The translations under genes and the position numbers were made by a program. Below, piece after piece: positions 20,773 through 24,685 of a DNA stretch of 24,685 nucleotides. Where the stretch lies: contig NW_021836320.1 of assembly GCF_006345805.1 (NCBI RefSeq), positions 1 to 24,685 of the forward strand, written 5' to 3'. The notes below the pieces were generated by a model that made no database searches, was not told the origin of the DNA, and worked only from the letters and a program-made list of their open reading frames with translations. Position 1 is the stretch's first letter; each line of letters opens with the position of its first letter. This DNA comes from Octopus sinensis (lineage: Eukaryota).

Positions 20773-20840
20773 GATGGCTGCAAACTCTTGTTCAAACATT
20801 GCCATCGCCTGAGCGCGAATCCTAGACATGCGAAGGCCAG

Positions 20841-20924
20841 GACCAGGCATTTGTGTGATAGGTCTTACGACCAGGCATTTGTGTGATAGGTCTTATGACC
20901 GGCCATTTTTGTGATAGATCTTAC
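20841..20924. repeat. 28-bp tandem repeat, 3 copies
   Basis: gaccaggcatttgtgtgataggtcttac / gaccaggcatttgtgtgataggtcttat / gaccggccatttttgtgatagatcttac. Confidence 0.93.
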
Positions 20925-21364
20925 TGTTGCTCTTGAAGCGATGCCTGTGCATGATGAGTTTTTATGGTGTGGAAAGGATTTGCACAAATCCAGTTCCACT
21001 CTGCGAACATGGACAATATAAACTCAAAAAGAAGAATTAGTCTACATCATCGAATCTTGTCAGTGTCGCAGGCTTTCTCTCAGAGTTTCCCTCTCCCAGA
21101 GATATATTTTGACCACAACAGAGGGGCCTCTCACTCCCAGTGGGCCAAACGCACGCCTGGACTCCAACCTAGGTATTCCCCACACATACACACATGTATA
21201 CATACAGGTGTACACATATTGTTGGATGGTCGTTGACTGCAACATCGATATTCCTCCCTGTGCCTGTAAAATCTTGTATCCCTGCCGTAAGGCCTTATTT
21301 TCATACTCACGCCAGCTTAATTTAATTCGTCCTTACTCGAATTAAATTTTCCGTTTTTCGCTGT

Positions 21365-21597
21365 TTTCTTCCAAGGAATCTAATGCTCTTAGCTTAGTTT
21401 TTCCTTGGGGCTGGCCAGATTGGAGCAATCTCGAGTATAATCAGCCGAAATTGCGAAGATAATCTGGTACTCGACTGAGGAAAGAAAACTTCGAATGACC
21501 CGTCCTTGCTTTCTTTGTATCGTCTATCTGGATGTTTTGTTGTCTCATTTTTGTATCGTCTAACTGTCCGATGTTTTTGCGTTCTTGTCCCATTTTG
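21365..21597 (+). mobile_element. Structured short element ending in (TA)n, possibly a Penelope-like pLTR remnant
   Basis: Stems ccaaggaa/ttccttgg and ccagatt/aatctgg (the latter encloses CCGAAA); CTGAGGA-aag-aaaa-ctt-cgaa; T-rich tail with ttgtatcgtc duplicated; then (TA)n. Confidence 0.4.
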
Positions 21598-21625
21598 ATA
21601 TATAATATATATATATATATATAAT

Positions 21626-21657
<32 letters not shown>

Positions 21658-21897
21658 ATTAGCTTGACTTTGTTCGTTATTTCATAATTTTTTAATTTTT
21701 TGCCTATTATTTCTTTCCTTCATAAGCGACATAAAAAGCTGGTCTGTCGCACAATGTAAGACCCCTTCCTTGATGCCACTCTGATGAAGTTCCACTCTAA
21801 TTTAGTCAAACGAAATATTGCATAACTTTCCCACGAAACCATCAACGCGCGCAATAGCATTAGAAGGAGAGTGGGACCAAACCAGCGGTGACTAATG

Positions 21898-22090
21898 GTC
21901 CTTTCTAATATAAGCACAGGGCCTGCAATTTAGACGAGGTAGAGGGATGAGTCGGTTTACTTTTTTTTATGGACCTCGAAAGGTTGAAAAGCATAGTCGA
22001 CCTCAGCAGAATTTGAACTCAGAACATAAAGACGGACAAAATATCGCTAAACATTTTGTCCAGCGTGCTAACAACTCTGCCAGCTCACCT
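21898..22090 (-). mobile_element. tRNA-derived SINE family A, diverged
   Basis: Minus strand: gagctggcagagttgttagcacgctgg..GAGTTCAAATTCTG..aggccctgtgctt..agaaagga. Confidence 0.87.
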
Positions 22091-22094
22091 CATT

Positions 22095-22131
22095 GATAAT
22101 AATAATAATAATAATGATGATGATATAATAA

Positions 22132-22178
<47 letters not shown>

Positions 22179-22228
22179 ATAATAATAATAATAGTAATAA
22201 TAATAATATAATAATAATGATAATAATA
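22095..22228. repeat. (AAT)n with internal (ACT)n
   Basis: Directly visible. Confidence 0.95.
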
Positions 22229-22439
22229 AAAGCCGTATCTGGCTACATTTAAATGAACAAAGTGTGTCGTTCTCCAGTGTTTCTTGGTCAGGAAACAACA
22301 AAACAACAGCCATTGAGCCGAGTGGCCAGGCATTGCATACGAAATATTACAACAACAGCAAGAACAACAATGGATGTAAAGAAGACGACGACGACGACAA
22401 CAATAACAAAAGGTATTTATGGATGTGTTTCAATTTAAA

Positions 22440-22530
22440 CCGCCACGGCTACATCCGGTGAAAAAAAGTTCCACTTCCGGCTTGTATAGCGTCGAATAGA
22501 ATTGACGTCACGTAATGAAGTCAGCGTCTT
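22440..22530. promoter_or_regulatory. Candidate cis-regulatory cluster (ETS + CRE)
   Basis: CACTTCCGG (22472-22480) and a perfect TGACGTCA (22503-22510) in a CpG-enriched unique island. Confidence 0.35.
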
Positions 22531-22789
22531 CAGTTTAATGAATGCTCATTAAGTTACTCGTCTAAAAGCAAAATCCAGTTTCGATTCTCAAATTCAATAT
22601 TTTTGTTTTGCTCTTGTTGTTGTTGTTAGTGCTGAAGAGGAGTGGTGGTGGTGGTGGTGGTGGTGGTAGTGGTTGTAGGGTAGTTGGTGATATTGGTGGT
22701 GCTGGTGGCGCTGGTGATGTTGTTGCAGTTACTATTGGGGCTTTAGTAGTTGAAGATCTTATTGTCTTTCTTTTTATTGTTGTTATTCT

Positions 22790-22850
22790 AGTTATTATTA
22801 TTATTATTATTATTATTATCATTATTATTATTATTATTATTTCATTATTA

Positions 22851-22900
<50 letters not shown>

Positions 22901-23001
22901 CATTATTATTATTATTATTATATTATATTATTATATTATTATTATTATTATATTATATATTATATTATTATTATTATCATTATTATTATTATTATTTATT
23001 A

Positions 23002-23046
<45 letters not shown>

Positions 23047-23109
23047 CATTATTATTATTATTCTTATTATTATTATTATATTATTATTATTATTATTATT
23101 ATATTATTA

Positions 23110-23158
<49 letters not shown>

Positions 23159-23159
23159 C

Positions 23160-23198
<39 letters not shown>

Positions 23199-23328
23199 TT
23201 TTTATTATTATTATTATTATTATATTATTATTATTATCATTATTATTATTATTATCATTATCATTATTATCATACCATTATCATTATTATTATATTACAT
23301 TATATTATTATTATCATTATTATTATTA

Positions 23329-23361
<33 letters not shown>

Positions 23362-23463
23362 CATTATTATTATTATTATTATTATTACCATTATCATTAT
23401 TATTACTATTATTACTATTATCATTATCATTATTATTATCATTATCATTATTATTATTATTAC

Positions 23464-23512
<49 letters not shown>
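22790..23512. repeat. ~720-bp (ATT)n tract
   Basis: Directly visible. Confidence 0.95.
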
Positions 23513-23513
<1 letters not shown>

Positions 23514-23934
23514 TCTTTTTAGGTGTATGTATTCTTGATTGAATGCTTGCGGCAAATACAATAATAATGATGATGATGACGATGATGATGATGAGGAAGA
23601 AGAGGAGAAGAGGTAGAGGAGAGTGGCGACAAAAATGAAGAAGAAGGAGTAGACTAGAGGAGGAAGAAAAAACGGGAAGAAAGTCAGGCGACAGCAACAA
23701 CATCAAACACTGCAGCAACAATAACAACAACAACAACAACAGCAGCAACAACAGCAACGGTCATATTGATGCAACACAGGAAGAGCAACAACAACAACAA
23801 CACCAACGTGTGTTTGATTTGAGGTCGGGGATGGGGAGAACGCTAAGTGGAGAGAAATAGAAAAATGGGGACAAACACAACACTGGACCCTTACACTAAA
23901 TGTATAAACAAAGTATATACACACTTAGGGTGAC

Positions 23935-24120
23935 CATAACACACACCACACACATATATTCATCAGCATACATGCATACATACAAACGTATATATATTGA
24001 ATGTATATGTATGTATGTATACATCTCTCTGTCTTCCTCCTATATATATATATATATATATAAATAAGTATATATGTATATATATTCAGAAACATATACA
24101 TACATGCATACATATCTATA

Positions 24121-24177
<57 letters not shown>

Positions 24178-24367
24178 CTCTATATATATATCTATATATA
24201 TATCTATATCTATATATAATATACATACACATATAGAAATGAAATCTCTGTCTGTCTGTATTTATACACACACATATATATGTGTGTGTATATATATACA
24301 TGCACATATATGTGTATATATATACATATGTATGTATGCATATATATATATATATATATATGCATAC

Positions 24368-24401
<34 letters not shown>

Positions 24402-24657
24402 ATATATATGTATATATATGTATATATGTATATACATGTGTATATCATGTATGTATATATACATACCTATGTATACACTCGCGCGCGCGCACACGACTGA
24501 GTCGTAACAGAGACAGACGCATGTACATACATACATACATACATACATACATACGTGTGCATAAGCATTAACACAGACAAATGAACAGTGATGGAAGAGA
24601 AACAGAGGGAGAGAGAGAGAGAGGGAGAGAGAGAGAGAGGGAGAGAGAGAGAGAGAA
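23935..24657. repeat. Compound (TA)n/(TCTA)n/(CATA)n/(GA)n microsatellites
   Basis: Directly visible. Confidence 0.93.
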
Positions 24658-24685
24658 CTTGGGTGAGAAAACAAAGCAAAATTTG

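Noticed and set aside
20841-20924. CRISPR-length (28-bp) repeats
   Set aside because: Head-to-tail without spacers; a simple minisatellite.
22608-23522. 304-aa Ile/Leu/Tyr ORF resembling a membrane protein
   Set aside because: Translation of (GGT)n and (ATT)n repeats.
23520-23900. Acidic/Gln/Asn-rich exon after ttcttttTAG
   Set aside because: Stops interrupt the frames examined; composition is explained by trinucleotide repeats.

Overview
AT-rich eukaryotic (animal) DNA with no complete host protein-coding gene that I can support. A large share of the window is simple repeats ((TA)n, (CATA)n/(TATG)n, (TCTA)n, (GA)n, (AAT)n/(ATT)n), and nearly all ORFs in the supplied track are translations of these. 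The repeat families look like those I associate with Octopus (coleoid cephalopod) genomes; this is recognition from memory, not a search result. Supported elements are: a full-length but decayed mariner transposon with TIRs (16653-17950, minus); three remnants of restriction-enzyme-like-endonuclease (REL, R4/Dong-like) non-LTR retrotransposons; one CR1/L2-group LINE remnant; eight copies of one tRNA-derived SINE family; one copy of a second SINE family; a ~550-bp non-coding element embedded in (AAT)n; and several minisatellites. Two signals stand out. First, dispersed hammerhead-ribozyme-like motifs (CUGANGA...GAAA with hairpin or palindromic arms) sit in short elements abutting microsatellites, as expected of Penelope-like pLTR or retrozyme remnants. 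Second, SINEs and REL-LINE-related elements nest in (AAT)n tracts with consistent opposite strand polarity. A few weak exon and regulatory candidates lie in the unique islands.
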